Shown: positions 19,068-29,584, numbered from the stretch's first letter. The stretch: DNA of 32,622 bases from Promethearchaeia archaeon (GCA_029856105.1 JAHQWH010000111.1:1-32622), one strand, 5' to 3'. The notes: generated from the sequence alone by a model not told the origin. Numbers and translations are program-made.

Positions 19068-20519
19068 ATGTTAAACATGGCAAATGAGAAACTGCTCCCT
19101 AATATAATTTTTTTTGTAGCAGATGAAATGCGTGGAGATTGCGTTTCTTTTGATGGTCGAAGAAATCCCGTTATTAAAACGCCAAATATTGACAATCTTG
19201 CTAAGGATGGTGCTGCTTTTACTAATTGTTTCACTGTAAATCCCGTTTGTGGACCTTCTAGATGTTGTACTTTTACGGGTCAATATGTGCACTCGAATGG
19301 GCACAGAAGCCTTTACCAATTATTACAACCGCACGAGGAAAATTTATTCAAATTCTTAACAAATAAGGGATATGAAGTTGTTTGGATAGGAAGGAACGAT
19401 CTTTTTAGTAAAGATGCTATTAAACAAAGCGTAACGAAAAGATTAAGAATGAAAACTGGTGCTTGGAAATCTAATCCCTATCCCTTAGATCATCCTATGA
19501 GAAAATCTTTTTATTATGGTGAGAGAACATTAGAACAATCAAAAGATATTGATTATCACATTATTCAAAAGGCAATTAACTATTTAAATTCTGAACATAA
19601 GAATCCTTTTTGCCTATACATAGCCTTGAACTTCCCTCATCCTCCTTACACGGTTGAGGAACCTTACTTTTCTATGTACGATCGAGAATTAGTACCGGCC
19701 CCAGTGCCGCCTAAATTGGACGATAAACCAGAATTTATGCGTTTAATTCGTGAGAAGTACGGTTTGAACAATTTAGATAAAGATGATTTTAAAGAAATTA
19801 TCGCTACATATTATGGAATGGTTTCTCGGGTAGATTACCAATTTGGGCAAATAATCGATAAATTAAAGGGTATCGGAGCATATGAAAACAGCGCAATCTT
19901 CTTCTTTGCTGATCACGGAGATTATACTGGAGACTATGGATTAACAGAAAAATGGCCTAACGCGTTCCAAGATTGTCTTATTAACGTTCCGTTAATTACA
20001 AAAATACCTGGTATCGAATCAAAAGGAAATCTATACGAGCAATTTATTCAAACTATTGATCTTTTTCCTACAGTATTGAATATTGCTCAAATTGAAACTC
20101 AATATACTCACTTTGGCAAAAATTTAATTCCTTTTCTAGAAGGAAACTTACTGAAACTAAGAGACGCTGTTTTTGCTGAGGGAGGATATAACCCTCGCGA
20201 ACCTCAATGTTTTGAACCGGTTGTTAAAAATCCTGAAATGCCGGGCATTGGTATTTATTACGATAAAACTAATATACCTCAAGAAAATCCATCAACTGTA
20301 GCACGATCTGCTATGATCAGAACCAAAACATGGAAACTCGTTATTCGAGATAGTGGGAAGGAAGAGCTTTACGATTTAATGTACGATCCATTTGAAGCTA
20401 GTAATTTAATTGATGTATATGCTTACGACAAAATTAAAGCCGATCTCAAAGAACAATTGCTCCGGTGGTACTTAAGGACGAGCGATAATGCCAATTGGAA
20501 ACGTGAAAGAAATGTTTAA
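19068..20519 (+). CDS. Cys-type formylglycine-dependent sulfatase
   Basis: PNIIFFVADEMR, TPNIDNLA, CGPSR (CxPxR), PHPPY, ADHGD, ELYDL.DP.E. Confidence 0.92.
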   Translation: MLNMANEKLLPNIIFFVADEMRGDCVSFDGRRNPVIKTPNIDNLAKDGAAFTNCFTVNPVCGPSRCCTFTGQYVHSNGHRSLYQLLQPHEENLFKFLTNKGYEVVWIGRNDLFSKDAIKQSVTKRLRMKTGAWKSNPYPLDHPMRKSFYYGERTLEQSKDIDYHIIQKAINYLNSEHKNPFCLYIALNFPHPPYTVEEPYFSMYDRELVPAPVPPKLDDKPEFMRLIREKYGLNNLDKDDFKEIIATYYGMVSRVDYQFGQIIDKLKGIGAYENSAIFFFADHGDYTGDYGLTEKWPNAFQDCLINVPLITKIPGIESKGNLYEQFIQTIDLFPTVLNIAQIETQYTHFGKNLIPFLEGNLLKLRDAVFAEGGYNPREPQCFEPVVKNPEMPGIGIYYDKTNIPQENPSTVARSAMIRTKTWKLVIRDSGKEELYDLMYDPFEASNLIDVYAYDKIKADLKEQLLRWYLRTSDNANWKRERNV

Positions 20520-20577
20520 TTTAAAGTTTTTAAAGTTTAGAACCTAATGGATAAGTAATACAATTTATCGATTTGCA

Positions 20578-22086
20578 GTGAATTTTAAAATGATTAGTAA
20601 AGATGTTAAAATAGAAATTGTGTTTATAGGAAAACCACAGTGGGAAGCTGGATGGCCTTATTTGGGATTTGACAATAACAAAACGATAGATTCCATTAGA
20701 AAACATCTAAACGAGAAATTTATTAAAATTGAGTTTATCTATAGTGAAATTATTACGACATACGATAACGAATTAGTTAACCAGATTAAAAAGGATATCG
20801 AAGAGGCTGACGGGGTTATAGTTTTTACGATAGGTCATTATGGAGACCCCGGAATTGTTCAAGCAGGCATTGAATTTATTGAGAGCAAAAAGCCAGTAAT
20901 ATTAGCCAATTATATTTATGCTGGAGATCATACATTCACAAAAATATTCTCAAGTGTTAAAGACAAGAATTATCAGCTATCGATATTGTCTTCAAAAAAT
21001 TTAGAGGATTTTGACAAGATGTTTGAGAATATGTTTAATCTCGTGCGTTTAAGAGGAAAAAGAGTCTTAGTTTACGCCAAGGACGTCATAAAAATGAACT
21101 GGGATGTCATATTAGGGTTGTTTAATCCCGAACGAATGCGAATAGCTAAAAATCATCCAGAGTTTTTGGATCAAATAGGTAAAATGAGTAGCGATGAGGA
21201 GTTTGAATTTTATACCGATACGGTTGGTTTTGATCAAGCACACCAGTGGAGAAAGGATGAAGTGCTTTATAAAGAAATTTTAAAGAATGTATTCGATATA
21301 GAAATGATTAGAGGAGATCCACAGGAGATTCTCAAATATTATAATGAAGCTAACACGGACCAAGCAAAAGAAATCGCTCAAAAATGGATTAAAAATGCTG
21401 CAATAGTAGAACCCACTGATAAAACCATTTTAAATTCCGCAAAACTATACCTAGCTTTTAAAAATATCTTGAAAGATAAAGACATTGACATTTTTACTCC
21501 TGATTGTGGCACCTTCCTATTGTGCGGCGCGTTTCCCGCTTATCCTTGCATGGCTTTTTTCGAATTAAGTAAAGAAGGAAAATACGGCATATGTGAATCC
21601 GACATGGATTCGACCATAAGCTTTCTTTTTGGACTGTACCTAACTGGTAGACCGGGATATGTGTCCAACCACACTTTTGATATCAAAAAAAATCAAATCA
21701 CTTATATGCATTGTGTAGCACCATGTAATTTGCAAGGATCAGAGGGTCCACAAGCGCTTTATGATATCGTTTACCATGGTGAAACTCATTTTTTAGGTGC
21801 CTCACCTCGCGTTAAATTTCCAATAGGGGAACCAGTAACGACTATTAAAATCAGCGTTTTTGAAAAAAAAATTTCAATCCGTACGGGAAAAATAATAGAT
21901 AACATAGTGGATGAAAGGGGCTGCGTTTCTAAAATGTTAGTAGAAAGCGATGTTGAAAAAATTATGGAGAACTATGATTGGAACGCATTTGGGTGGCATA
22001 GGGTAACTTTCATAGGCGATTGGAAGGAAGATTTCATAAACGGAGCAAAAATTTTAGGTTTAAAAGTTGTAGAAGATGACAAATAA
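20578..22086 (+). CDS. L-fucose/arabinose isomerase-like protein
   Basis: YPC...CESD metal motif, MHC, and C-terminal GEPVT...C....GWHRVTFIGD, resembling FucI-like C-terminal domains. Confidence 0.7.
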   Translation: MNFKMISKDVKIEIVFIGKPQWEAGWPYLGFDNNKTIDSIRKHLNEKFIKIEFIYSEIITTYDNELVNQIKKDIEEADGVIVFTIGHYGDPGIVQAGIEFIESKKPVILANYIYAGDHTFTKIFSSVKDKNYQLSILSSKNLEDFDKMFENMFNLVRLRGKRVLVYAKDVIKMNWDVILGLFNPERMRIAKNHPEFLDQIGKMSSDEEFEFYTDTVGFDQAHQWRKDEVLYKEILKNVFDIEMIRGDPQEILKYYNEANTDQAKEIAQKWIKNAAIVEPTDKTILNSAKLYLAFKNILKDKDIDIFTPDCGTFLLCGAFPAYPCMAFFELSKEGKYGICESDMDSTISFLFGLYLTGRPGYVSNHTFDIKKNQITYMHCVAPCNLQGSEGPQALYDIVYHGETHFLGASPRVKFPIGEPVTTIKISVFEKKISIRTGKIIDNIVDERGCVSKMLVESDVEKIMENYDWNAFGWHRVTFIGDWKEDFINGAKILGLKVVEDDK

Positions 22087-22162
22087 ATATCAGAAAGCAT
22101 TAAAATAGTTTCTCAACAAAATTGTATATAAATAATTAATATTAAATGAAAAGTGATAAAAT

Positions 22163-23515
22163 TTGAGAGAAAAAGATAGAATTCATTCATTTTCAGGTCA
22201 TTTTCTTTATTCGTTAGCAGCGATTCCAAGCGCATTGCATTACAATATGATCCAATCATTTTTAATATTTTTTTATACTATCGTAGCTGGGTTATCGCTT
22301 GGAGCAGCCGGGATGCTTTTGCTATTATATGGTATTTGGAACGCCGTTAACGACCCGCTAATGGGATATTACATGGATAAATGGAAATTCAAAAAATGGG
22401 GTCGACGCATCCCTTATATTGTAATTGGAATAGTTCCATTTACTATTGGTTTTATATTTTTATGGTGGGTTCCGTGGACAGACCAAACGGGAATTTTCTT
22501 ACATGGTTTGATTATGTTGTTTTTATTTGATTTCGGTTTCACACTGGCAATGACCGCATGGTCGGCGTTGTACACAGAAATGTATGAAGACGAAAAGGAG
22601 CGCGCGTCAGTTGTTGCCATTAAAGACTTGATTGCTTTTCTTTCTGCGATGATTGGGATAATATTACCTCCTTTATTAGCATCTGCAATGGGATGGCCCA
22701 TAGTAGGTATATTATTTGGTGCTTTAATACCGGTTACTATGTTATTGTCTCTTTTGGGTACAAAGGAAAGAAAGGAATATCAGATCGATGATCCGCTCCC
22801 TGTTTTTACGGCATTTAAAGAAACTTTATCGAATATGCCATTTCTAAACATTACATTGACCTACACATTAATAGATTTCTTTACAGGATTAACACTAACC
22901 ATTCTCCCTTTATATGCCCGATTTATTCTTAATATGGATGAGGGATTAGTTGGATTTGCGGCAATAGGGATTGCCCTAGGGATTCTTACAAGCGTTTTAT
23001 TCTGGAAGTGGGTTTATGCCAAAAAAGGTCCAAAGTATGGATTATTGCTCTCTATTGGAATTTTTACGATTGGAATTTGGCCTTTATTCCTTGTTGATAA
23101 CTTTCCTCTCCTAGTTATTCTTACAATAATTCCAGGATTTGGAGCAGGGGGGATGCTAATGACTGAACCAGCTATGAGCGCCGCAATAGATTCAGACGAG
23201 TTAAAGACGGGTAAAAGGCGAGAAGCAACATTTATGGGGGTCTTAACTTTTGTAGCAAGATTAGCAATGGTTTTTTCAGGTTTAACATTGATAATCGTAC
23301 AAGTTTTAACGGGATTTGATTCAGAAGCTATCACACAATCCCCACAAGCGGAGATTGGATTAAAAGCATTAGTATCGTTCGTTCCAGTTATAGGTGGTTT
23401 ACTTGCTTTGTTTGTGTTTAAGTTTTTCCCACTTAACTACGATAAATTCATGGAGCAACAAAAAAAGTTGAGCGATCTACACGAAGAACGTTTGACTAAA
23501 TTAAAGAATTTATAA
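22163..23515 (+). CDS. Glycoside-pentoside-hexuronide (MelB-like) transporter
   Basis: IWNAVNDPLMGYYMD, WGRRIPY, DSDELKTGKRREA, about 12 TM helices. Confidence 0.92.
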   Translation: MREKDRIHSFSGHFLYSLAAIPSALHYNMIQSFLIFFYTIVAGLSLGAAGMLLLLYGIWNAVNDPLMGYYMDKWKFKKWGRRIPYIVIGIVPFTIGFIFLWWVPWTDQTGIFLHGLIMLFLFDFGFTLAMTAWSALYTEMYEDEKERASVVAIKDLIAFLSAMIGIILPPLLASAMGWPIVGILFGALIPVTMLLSLLGTKERKEYQIDDPLPVFTAFKETLSNMPFLNITLTYTLIDFFTGLTLTILPLYARFILNMDEGLVGFAAIGIALGILTSVLFWKWVYAKKGPKYGLLLSIGIFTIGIWPLFLVDNFPLLVILTIIPGFGAGGMLMTEPAMSAAIDSDELKTGKRREATFMGVLTFVARLAMVFSGLTLIIVQVLTGFDSEAITQSPQAEIGLKALVSFVPVIGGLLALFVFKFFPLNYDKFMEQQKKLSDLHEERLTKLKNL

Positions 23516-23542
23516 AAAGTTAAATTTTTTTATTTTTTATTT

Positions 23543-24616
23543 TTAAGTTTCGATCTCTTTAGGTTCTTCTCTAGGTAATCTATCGTCAACTACCGGAATA
23601 GATTTGAATTTCTGATGTGGCTCTGTTTGATACCAGTAAGCTGTTGAAGACCAATCGTCTGATCTTTGATTCGCGTGACCGTGTTCTATCTTTACTTTAA
23701 TATTTTTGTGAAAATATATTGGATCTTCAATGTGATACCTATAATAGGATATTTTTCCGCTCCAGTTTTTACCTCCTGGCAATGGAATTCCAAAATAAGG
23801 CGAACAATAGTATTGGTTTGGAGCCCATGAAGTACAAAAATAATCTTCGGTCCCAGTTCCGTAAAGTATAATTTCGCCGTCATCGATCTCTATGTAATCG
23901 TCTCCCTCACCAGGCCACCATAGATCATTTCTTGAAGCATTTTCAGGAGTCATAAGATTATGAATATTCATATTGCAACCCACATAATGACCCTCTCCAA
24001 CCGCATCAAGAACAAGATAATCTTTATCATGTGTTTTATTCTTCTTAATAAAATGTTCCACTTTCGATCCAGTTCCATACGGCTTTCCTTCGCAAGGATT
24101 TTCTCGATTCCAAAAAGCATGAAACCTACCATAATCAGAATGCAGTTTTGAGTGTTCTTCATAATCAATATAAAAATATAATACAGTTATGGTATCCGAT
24201 TCATTCTCTACTTCGATTTTGGCATGAGTGGTAAAAGGCATTGGGAAAAAGCAATTAAATCCTTTGCCATCATTTGGCCCATTGGAAAATGGAAGGCTCC
24301 AAAAGTTCACGGTTTTACCGTGTCCAATTCCAAAAAAGTCTCCTATAGGAACTTCAACTGAAGGGTTATTTTCGTTATCCCACCACATTCTCAAAACTAA
24401 TTTTCGAAGATAATTAGGATCTGAGGATGCAATCGTCATCCAAATGTGTTTAATTATCCCAGCTCCAGATATATCGCATATTTGATATGTTTCACTTGGT
24501 TTTATTATAATATTATCCATATTACCTCCAGACTTATCGTAACTCGAAATTCGCTTTCTTTTTATATCCTTACGGATTATCGCTAAATTTGATAAAGAAT
24601 TAAATCCAAACTCCAT
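23543..24616 (-). CDS. DUF2961 / glycoside hydrolase family 172
   Basis: SSYDKSGGN.D, GAGIIKHIWMT, EVPIGDFFG, FNCFFPMPF, WWPGEGDD, GTGTEDYF, YRYHIEDPI, IEHGHAN, AYWYQ. Confidence 0.9.
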   Translation of the reverse strand: MEFGFNSLSNLAIIRKDIKRKRISSYDKSGGNMDNIIIKPSETYQICDISGAGIIKHIWMTIASSDPNYLRKLVLRMWWDNENNPSVEVPIGDFFGIGHGKTVNFWSLPFSNGPNDGKGFNCFFPMPFTTHAKIEVENESDTITVLYFYIDYEEHSKLHSDYGRFHAFWNRENPCEGKPYGTGSKVEHFIKKNKTHDKDYLVLDAVGEGHYVGCNMNIHNLMTPENASRNDLWWPGEGDDYIEIDDGEIILYGTGTEDYFCTSWAPNQYYCSPYFGIPLPGGKNWSGKISYYRYHIEDPIYFHKNIKVKIEHGHANQRSDDWSSTAYWYQTEPHQKFKSIPVVDDRLPREEPKEIET

Positions 24617-24726
24617 AATTATCCCCTTTTTCCAAATTAATAACTAAGATTATGTAAATATGAGTATTAAAAGCTTAAAATATTGCGAAAAATAACTTTA
24701 AATTTATTTCTTAATTTCTAAAGTAA

Positions 24727-25965
24727 ATGGGGATTAAAACTGAGGATAATTTAAAGCGTTCAAAGAGCAATTTTGGAAAGCACGTAAAAATTTTGCTATT
24801 TGTTGTCTTAATGGGAGTATTTTTTAGAAATCTAGGAATAAGCGTAATTAATATTGGGTTACCTTCTTTTATTATAAGCCTATCTGGAACGCTTACTGCT
24901 TATGGAATCGTAATAGGGATTTTTTCTGTAACGCAAGCATTGTTTCAATTTCCATTCGCTGCTGCTTCAGATAAGTATGGTAGAAGATTAGTTGTACTTA
25001 TCGGAATGATTATATATGTAATTGGAACTTTTTTATGTTTTATCGCTCAGGACATTGTTCAACTTATAATCTTTAGAGCAATTCAAGGTGCAGGAGCTTA
25101 TACATCCATTTTACAAGCAATTATTGGTGACATTTATGAGAAAGAAGAGCACGGAAAAGGGATGGGGTTATATGCTTTATCGATGTCCTTAGGTATCTTT
25201 GGGGGCATCGTTATTGGGGGATATATTTCTTCATATTTCGGGTTTAGGAATATATTTTCTATTTCGGGGATTTTAACAATAATATCGGGTGTAGTTATGA
25301 TTATTTTCTTAAAAGAAAAAGGAAATAAAAAGGCGAAATCCGATTTAGAAGGTCTCAAAAATGAGAATAAAATGTCGCTAAATTTAGAAAATGTAAAAAC
25401 CTTATTGCAAGAAAGGCAGTTTATAATTACAATTTTTTTAAATAGCGTGAGATGGTTTATATTTGGAGGAATTATGGCTTATTTAATTTGGGTCTTACAA
25501 GTCCAATTTATTTTAGACGAAATTCAAACGAGCTATGCTTTAATTCTTATTGTAGCGACTTACATTATCTTTGTATTTTTCTCTGGTAGATTAACGGATC
25601 GTCATAGCCCAAGAAAAATGATGTTAATAGGACAAATAGTTGTTATCGCTTTTTCTCTTTCGTTCTTGACTAGTATTGTTTTTAATCTGATTGTATTTTT
25701 ATTTATTTCGACATTAATTGGGATAGGGTTAGCGTTGTACGAACCAGCGGGAAATACATTATTATTAAACATTATAGAAAAAATTGACCCGAATTTAAAA
25801 GGTACGGGCATCGGATTTAACAACGCTATAGGATTTTTGTGTAGCGCGATTGGACCAATTGTTATTAGTTCTTTAGGGGAAATCTATATATTTTTACCCT
25901 TTTACTTAATTAATGGTTTATTAGTTATCACATTCTTTATAACGTTGAAATTAGTAAAGAAATGA
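24727..25965 (+). CDS. MFS transporter (DHA1/YajR-like)
   Basis: QFPFAAASDKYGRR, FRAIQGAGA, GRLTDRHSPR, about 12 TM helices. Confidence 0.9.
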   Translation: MGIKTEDNLKRSKSNFGKHVKILLFVVLMGVFFRNLGISVINIGLPSFIISLSGTLTAYGIVIGIFSVTQALFQFPFAAASDKYGRRLVVLIGMIIYVIGTFLCFIAQDIVQLIIFRAIQGAGAYTSILQAIIGDIYEKEEHGKGMGLYALSMSLGIFGGIVIGGYISSYFGFRNIFSISGILTIISGVVMIIFLKEKGNKKAKSDLEGLKNENKMSLNLENVKTLLQERQFIITIFLNSVRWFIFGGIMAYLIWVLQVQFILDEIQTSYALILIVATYIIFVFFSGRLTDRHSPRKMMLIGQIVVIAFSLSFLTSIVFNLIVFLFISTLIGIGLALYEPAGNTLLLNIIEKIDPNLKGTGIGFNNAIGFLCSAIGPIVISSLGEIYIFLPFYLINGLLVITFFITLKLVKK

Positions 25966-25987
25966 TGTATAATTTATTGAGATTATT

Positions 25988-26410
25988 TCAATTAATTTCT
26001 CCTTGAATTTGGACAAAGACTTTCCTGTTTCGCGGACCGTCATATTCTACTAAATGACAACCTTGCCATGTACCAAGCATTAATCTACCTTCATGAATTA
26101 ATAATTCTAACGAGTGTCCCGTTAAAGAGCATTTAATATGCGCGTCTGAGTTACCTTCCATGTGCTTAAACGAATAACCTAAACTTCCGCCTTTTGGTAT
26201 TAATTTACTCAAATAATTAGAAATATCTTTCATAACAGATGGATCTGCGTTCTCATTAATAGTTATTCCCGCAGTAGTATGAGGTACAAATACGCGACAG
26301 ACACCTTCATTTATACCCGAATTTTTAACAATCTTTCTAATTTCATTTGTAATGTCTAGTAAAACTTCTCTTTCGGGGGTTTTTACTCTAAATTCTTCAA
26401 ACACAATCAT
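25988..26410 (-). CDS. yjbQ: YjbQ/UPF0047 family protein
   Basis: HTTAGITINENADP, H.EGNSDAHIK, LGTWQG, E.DGPR.R. Confidence 0.93.
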   Translation of the reverse strand: MIVFEEFRVKTPEREVLLDITNEIRKIVKNSGINEGVCRVFVPHTTAGITINENADPSVMKDISNYLSKLIPKGGSLGYSFKHMEGNSDAHIKCSLTGHSLELLIHEGRLMLGTWQGCHLVEYDGPRNRKVFVQIQGEIN

Positions 26411-26434
26411 TTAATCACCATATTACATATTATT

Positions 26435-27205
26435 TTATATCTTCTTAAAATTACCGTGTTTACCTTTACCTTTAGTAAAAGCTTGGCTTCCCTCCATGTA
26501 TTCTCCGCTTTCTAAGGTTTTCAAACCGTATTCAAATTCATTTACCATCGCATCATTAATATCTAATCCAAATTGTTCATAAGCTGAGAAGCGATCGTTT
26601 CTCATGCAAGTTTTTGGAAAAGCCGCAATTTCTCTTGCTAATTTTTCTGCTTCTATTCTCGATCGACCTATATCAACTACTCGATTAGCAAGTCCCCATG
26701 CGAGTGCTTCTTCAGCATTCACAGAGCGTCCAGTAAGAATCATATCCATAGCACGACTTAATCCTATAAGCCTTGGTAATCTCACAGTACCGCCATCTAT
26801 AAGTGGCACTCCAAATCTACGACAAAACACTCCAAAAATTGCATCTTTCTCAACAACACGCATATCACACCATAAAGCAAGTTCTAGTCCTCCTGCAACA
26901 GCATAACCTGCTATAGCTGCAATAACTGGCTTTGATAAAAACATCCTCGTGGGACCCATCGGACCATCTCCCTCTTTCTCAATTCGATTTCCCTTTCCTT
27001 CAACAATAGCTTTCAGATTTGCGCCCGAACAAAACGTTCCATTAGAGCCCCATAATACAGCAACTAAAGCTTTTTTATCGTTTTCGAATTCTCTAAATGC
27101 AACACTTAATTCTTGAGCTGTAGGACCATCTACTGCGTTCTTAACTTCGGGATTTTTAATAACAATGGTAAATACCGGATAATTTTTTTCAATTAATATT
27201 ACCAT
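26435..27205 (-). CDS. Enoyl-CoA hydratase (crotonase family)
   Basis: KNAVDGPTA, FCSGANL, GPMGPTR, AVAGGLELALWCD, RRFGVPLIDGGTVRLPRLIG. Confidence 0.92.
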   Translation of the reverse strand: MVILIEKNYPVFTIVIKNPEVKNAVDGPTAQELSVAFREFENDKKALVAVLWGSNGTFCSGANLKAIVEGKGNRIEKEGDGPMGPTRMFLSKPVIAAIAGYAVAGGLELALWCDMRVVEKDAIFGVFCRRFGVPLIDGGTVRLPRLIGLSRAMDMILTGRSVNAEEALAWGLANRVVDIGRSRIEAEKLAREIAAFPKTCMRNDRFSAYEQFGLDINDAMVNEFEYGLKTLESGEYMEGSQAFTKGKGKHGNFKKI

Positions 27206-27308
27206 GTAAGTTATTAGAATTAGAAAATAGATAAATTTATTTTCGGATTATTTCTTTTCTTTTTATCTTATCTTATACAAGATTTAAAATTAAATCATCC
27301 TAGAAATT

Positions 27309-27488
27309 ATGAACGCACGGGAAAGAATGTTAAGAGCATTAAACCATGAAGAAGTCGATCGGATCCCTCTTTTCTGTCAAGAAATAATGCCTGGCTTTAG
27401 AAAAGAGCTATTAAAATATTGGGGCGATGATTTCAAAAGGGTTAGAAAATCTTTTTTTTTTATCCTTTTTTTTTTAACTCTTTTATAG
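27309..27488 (+). pseudogene. N-terminal fragment of a UroD/MtaA-family gene
   Basis: Translates MNARERMLRALNHEEVDRIPLFCQEIMPGFRKELLKYWG, matching the N-terminus of the 17783..18943 family (MNSRERVNTTLNRKEPDKVP). It then runs into poly-T and a stop after 59 codons. Confidence 0.8.
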
Positions 27489-27513
27489 CTAATAATCTCA
27501 GTTCTCAAAAATT

Positions 27514-28803
27514 TTAGCTTTTTTCAGACTCATTTTCTGCATCGTCAAGTTCCTCTTTTAATTCTTTATATAATGAGATAAAGCCTGCTGCGGTATTTTC
27601 TGGAGTGCGAAATATTTCAGATTTGATGAAATTTAGCTCTTTTTCATCTTTGATAATTGTTTTAAGGTCTGTATCTAACGTTAAAGGGAGTTTTAATAAT
27701 CTTTCAGTTAAAAGTAAAGGTTTTCTCTTATGAGAAATTATTCTGGAAGGGAAATTGGAGAAATACTTCTCAATTAATTCATCGGCGCTTTCATATTCTC
27801 TCATATCTTTATTTCCTTCCTTAAGACTTTTTTCAAATATATTTTCAAAATCACGTGTAAAATTGGTTAAAGAAGACTTGAGTAGCTTGGATGATTTCGA
27901 GGTTATTAATCCAACTGTAATATTCTCAGATTCATGCAAAATTAGAATCCCATCTTTTAACTGGATATCGAGTAAGCCTCCTATATTCATAATTTCTTCA
28001 CTCATAAGTTGTATAGCATTTATAAACCCCGTGAAGATATTTTCACTTATTTCTGATTTCGACCAATCGTGATCAAATAAAGGATATCCCTCGCGATCTT
28101 TCACAACGATCCTATAAACTGTAAAGGGCAAAATATAAAGCAATTTGGGTTCAATCATTACTGATAAAGTTATGATTAGGAGACCAATAAATAGAGCAAA
28201 ATTAGACACTAGAATATAAAATGGGTCAATTAAATATAATACATAAAAAATCATCGATACAACCGTGGCTACGAAGATTCCAAGGAAGAACAAATAGGCT
28301 TCTTTTTTAATCAAAAATGGAGCATTCTTAAGAGTTTTTATACCCCAATAAAATATATACACTCCACCTATAGCAGATAGTATCATACCAATATTACCAA
28401 ATAGACCAATCCAAGGTAGCCGAATATATCCTCCTTGTTCCTGGAGAATAACGGCATTTGGCTGAAAACCAAGATATATGAATAAAATACTCAATCCGAT
28501 TACTATTACAAATCCAGGTGAGTAAAAATTTTCTTTTATAATATACGTTACCCCGATTACTAATGACAATGTAAATGGTATTAGGATAAAACCAGAAATT
28601 ATACTCAGAAGCTTGCTTATATAGAGGATAGATAATCCATCTATAAAAATAAAGATGCTAAAAACGAGTATTGCTAACCTAATATAATTTAAAGAGGTAA
28701 TCTTTTTAGTTTTTGGTTTTATGTAAGTTATTATAGTTAAGACAAATCCACTAATAGCTACGATAAAAGCTACAATAACTTCAGGTGTCCAATTCAATGT
28801 CAT
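27514..28803 (-). CDS. 7-transmembrane sensor-like protein with a cytoplasmic longin-like domain
   Basis: Seven hydrophobic segments in about the first 218 aa, then VYRIVVKDREGYPLF...FTGFINAIQLMSEE...DIQLKDGILIL...VGLIT...LTNFTRDFE...DELIEKYF (beta-beta-alpha-beta-beta-beta-alpha-alpha longin pattern). Confidence 0.7.
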   Translation of the reverse strand: MTLNWTPEVIVAFIVAISGFVLTIITYIKPKTKKITSLNYIRLAILVFSIFIFIDGLSILYISKLLSIISGFILIPFTLSLVIGVTYIIKENFYSPGFVIVIGLSILFIYLGFQPNAVILQEQGGYIRLPWIGLFGNIGMILSAIGGVYIFYWGIKTLKNAPFLIKKEAYLFFLGIFVATVVSMIFYVLYLIDPFYILVSNFALFIGLLIITLSVMIEPKLLYILPFTVYRIVVKDREGYPLFDHDWSKSEISENIFTGFINAIQLMSEEIMNIGGLLDIQLKDGILILHESENITVGLITSKSSKLLKSSLTNFTRDFENIFEKSLKEGNKDMREYESADELIEKYFSNFPSRIISHKRKPLLLTERLLKLPLTLDTDLKTIIKDEKELNFIKSEIFRTPENTAAGFISLYKELKEELDDAENESEKS

Positions 28804-28819
28804 TTAATTTTTAACCTCG

Positions 28820-29566
28820 TTACTCGCTACTGAAATTCAACTTTTTAATTTGGGGTTTATTTTGGGATAATGTCTTTATTATTGAAATTATATCGTCTTT
28901 CTTACGGGTATTAAGAACGAGAGAATTTTTATCTCCACTTAATTTAATAACATTAAATTCGATAAGGTTATTAATTCGATAGTAAATTGTCTCTCTTTTT
29001 TCATTTACCAATTTATGGACATCACTTCTTTTGAGTTTTTCATTTCTAATTAGCAATTGAATAATTTTTAAGTATATCTCATCAAGTAAAATAAAATAAA
29101 TTAAACCGATTTCGTCATCAATCTCATAAGGAAGAAAAACAGTGTAGTTTTTAATTTTAATCTTTTTAATGTAATTAAATTTGATAAGCATTTCCAAATG
29201 CCATATTAACTGACCAGAACTTCCCAAGTTGCCAATACTATCTGTTATGATTTGTTTTTTAATAGTTGAAAAATGAGCTCCTAAATTGGAGGTCAAAAAT
29301 CTATAAAGTTTAAACCTATACTTATTATTAAGAACTTCATCTCTTGTGTATTTTGAGCCCTCAACTAACACTTTTTTATTAATAAGTAACTGTATGATGC
29401 TCAAGAGCCCTTTTCGGGGAAGTTTTAATCGTCTTTTAGCCAGATTATACAGTAATTCTGTATCTAACACATTGTTATTGTTTATTACATCTTTTGCGAT
29501 GTCTATTACACTTTGTACGCTTGGATGTTTCAGTGTTAACGAAAGTGCAATATTTAAATTAGACAT
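28820..29566 (-). CDS. Tandem winged-helix transcriptional regulator
   Basis: VLNNKYRFKLYRFL..NLGAHFSTIK...SSGQLIWHLEML, and a second HTH KRSDVHKLVNEKRETIYYRINNLIEFNVI. Confidence 0.8.
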   Translation of the reverse strand: MSNLNIALSLTLKHPSVQSVIDIAKDVINNNNVLDTELLYNLAKRRLKLPRKGLLSIIQLLINKKVLVEGSKYTRDEVLNNKYRFKLYRFLTSNLGAHFSTIKKQIITDSIGNLGSSGQLIWHLEMLIKFNYIKKIKIKNYTVFLPYEIDDEIGLIYFILLDEIYLKIIQLLIRNEKLKRSDVHKLVNEKRETIYYRINNLIEFNVIKLSGDKNSLVLNTRKKDDIISIIKTLSQNKPQIKKLNFSSE

Positions 29567-29584
29567 TTTTAGCTAAATTTTATC

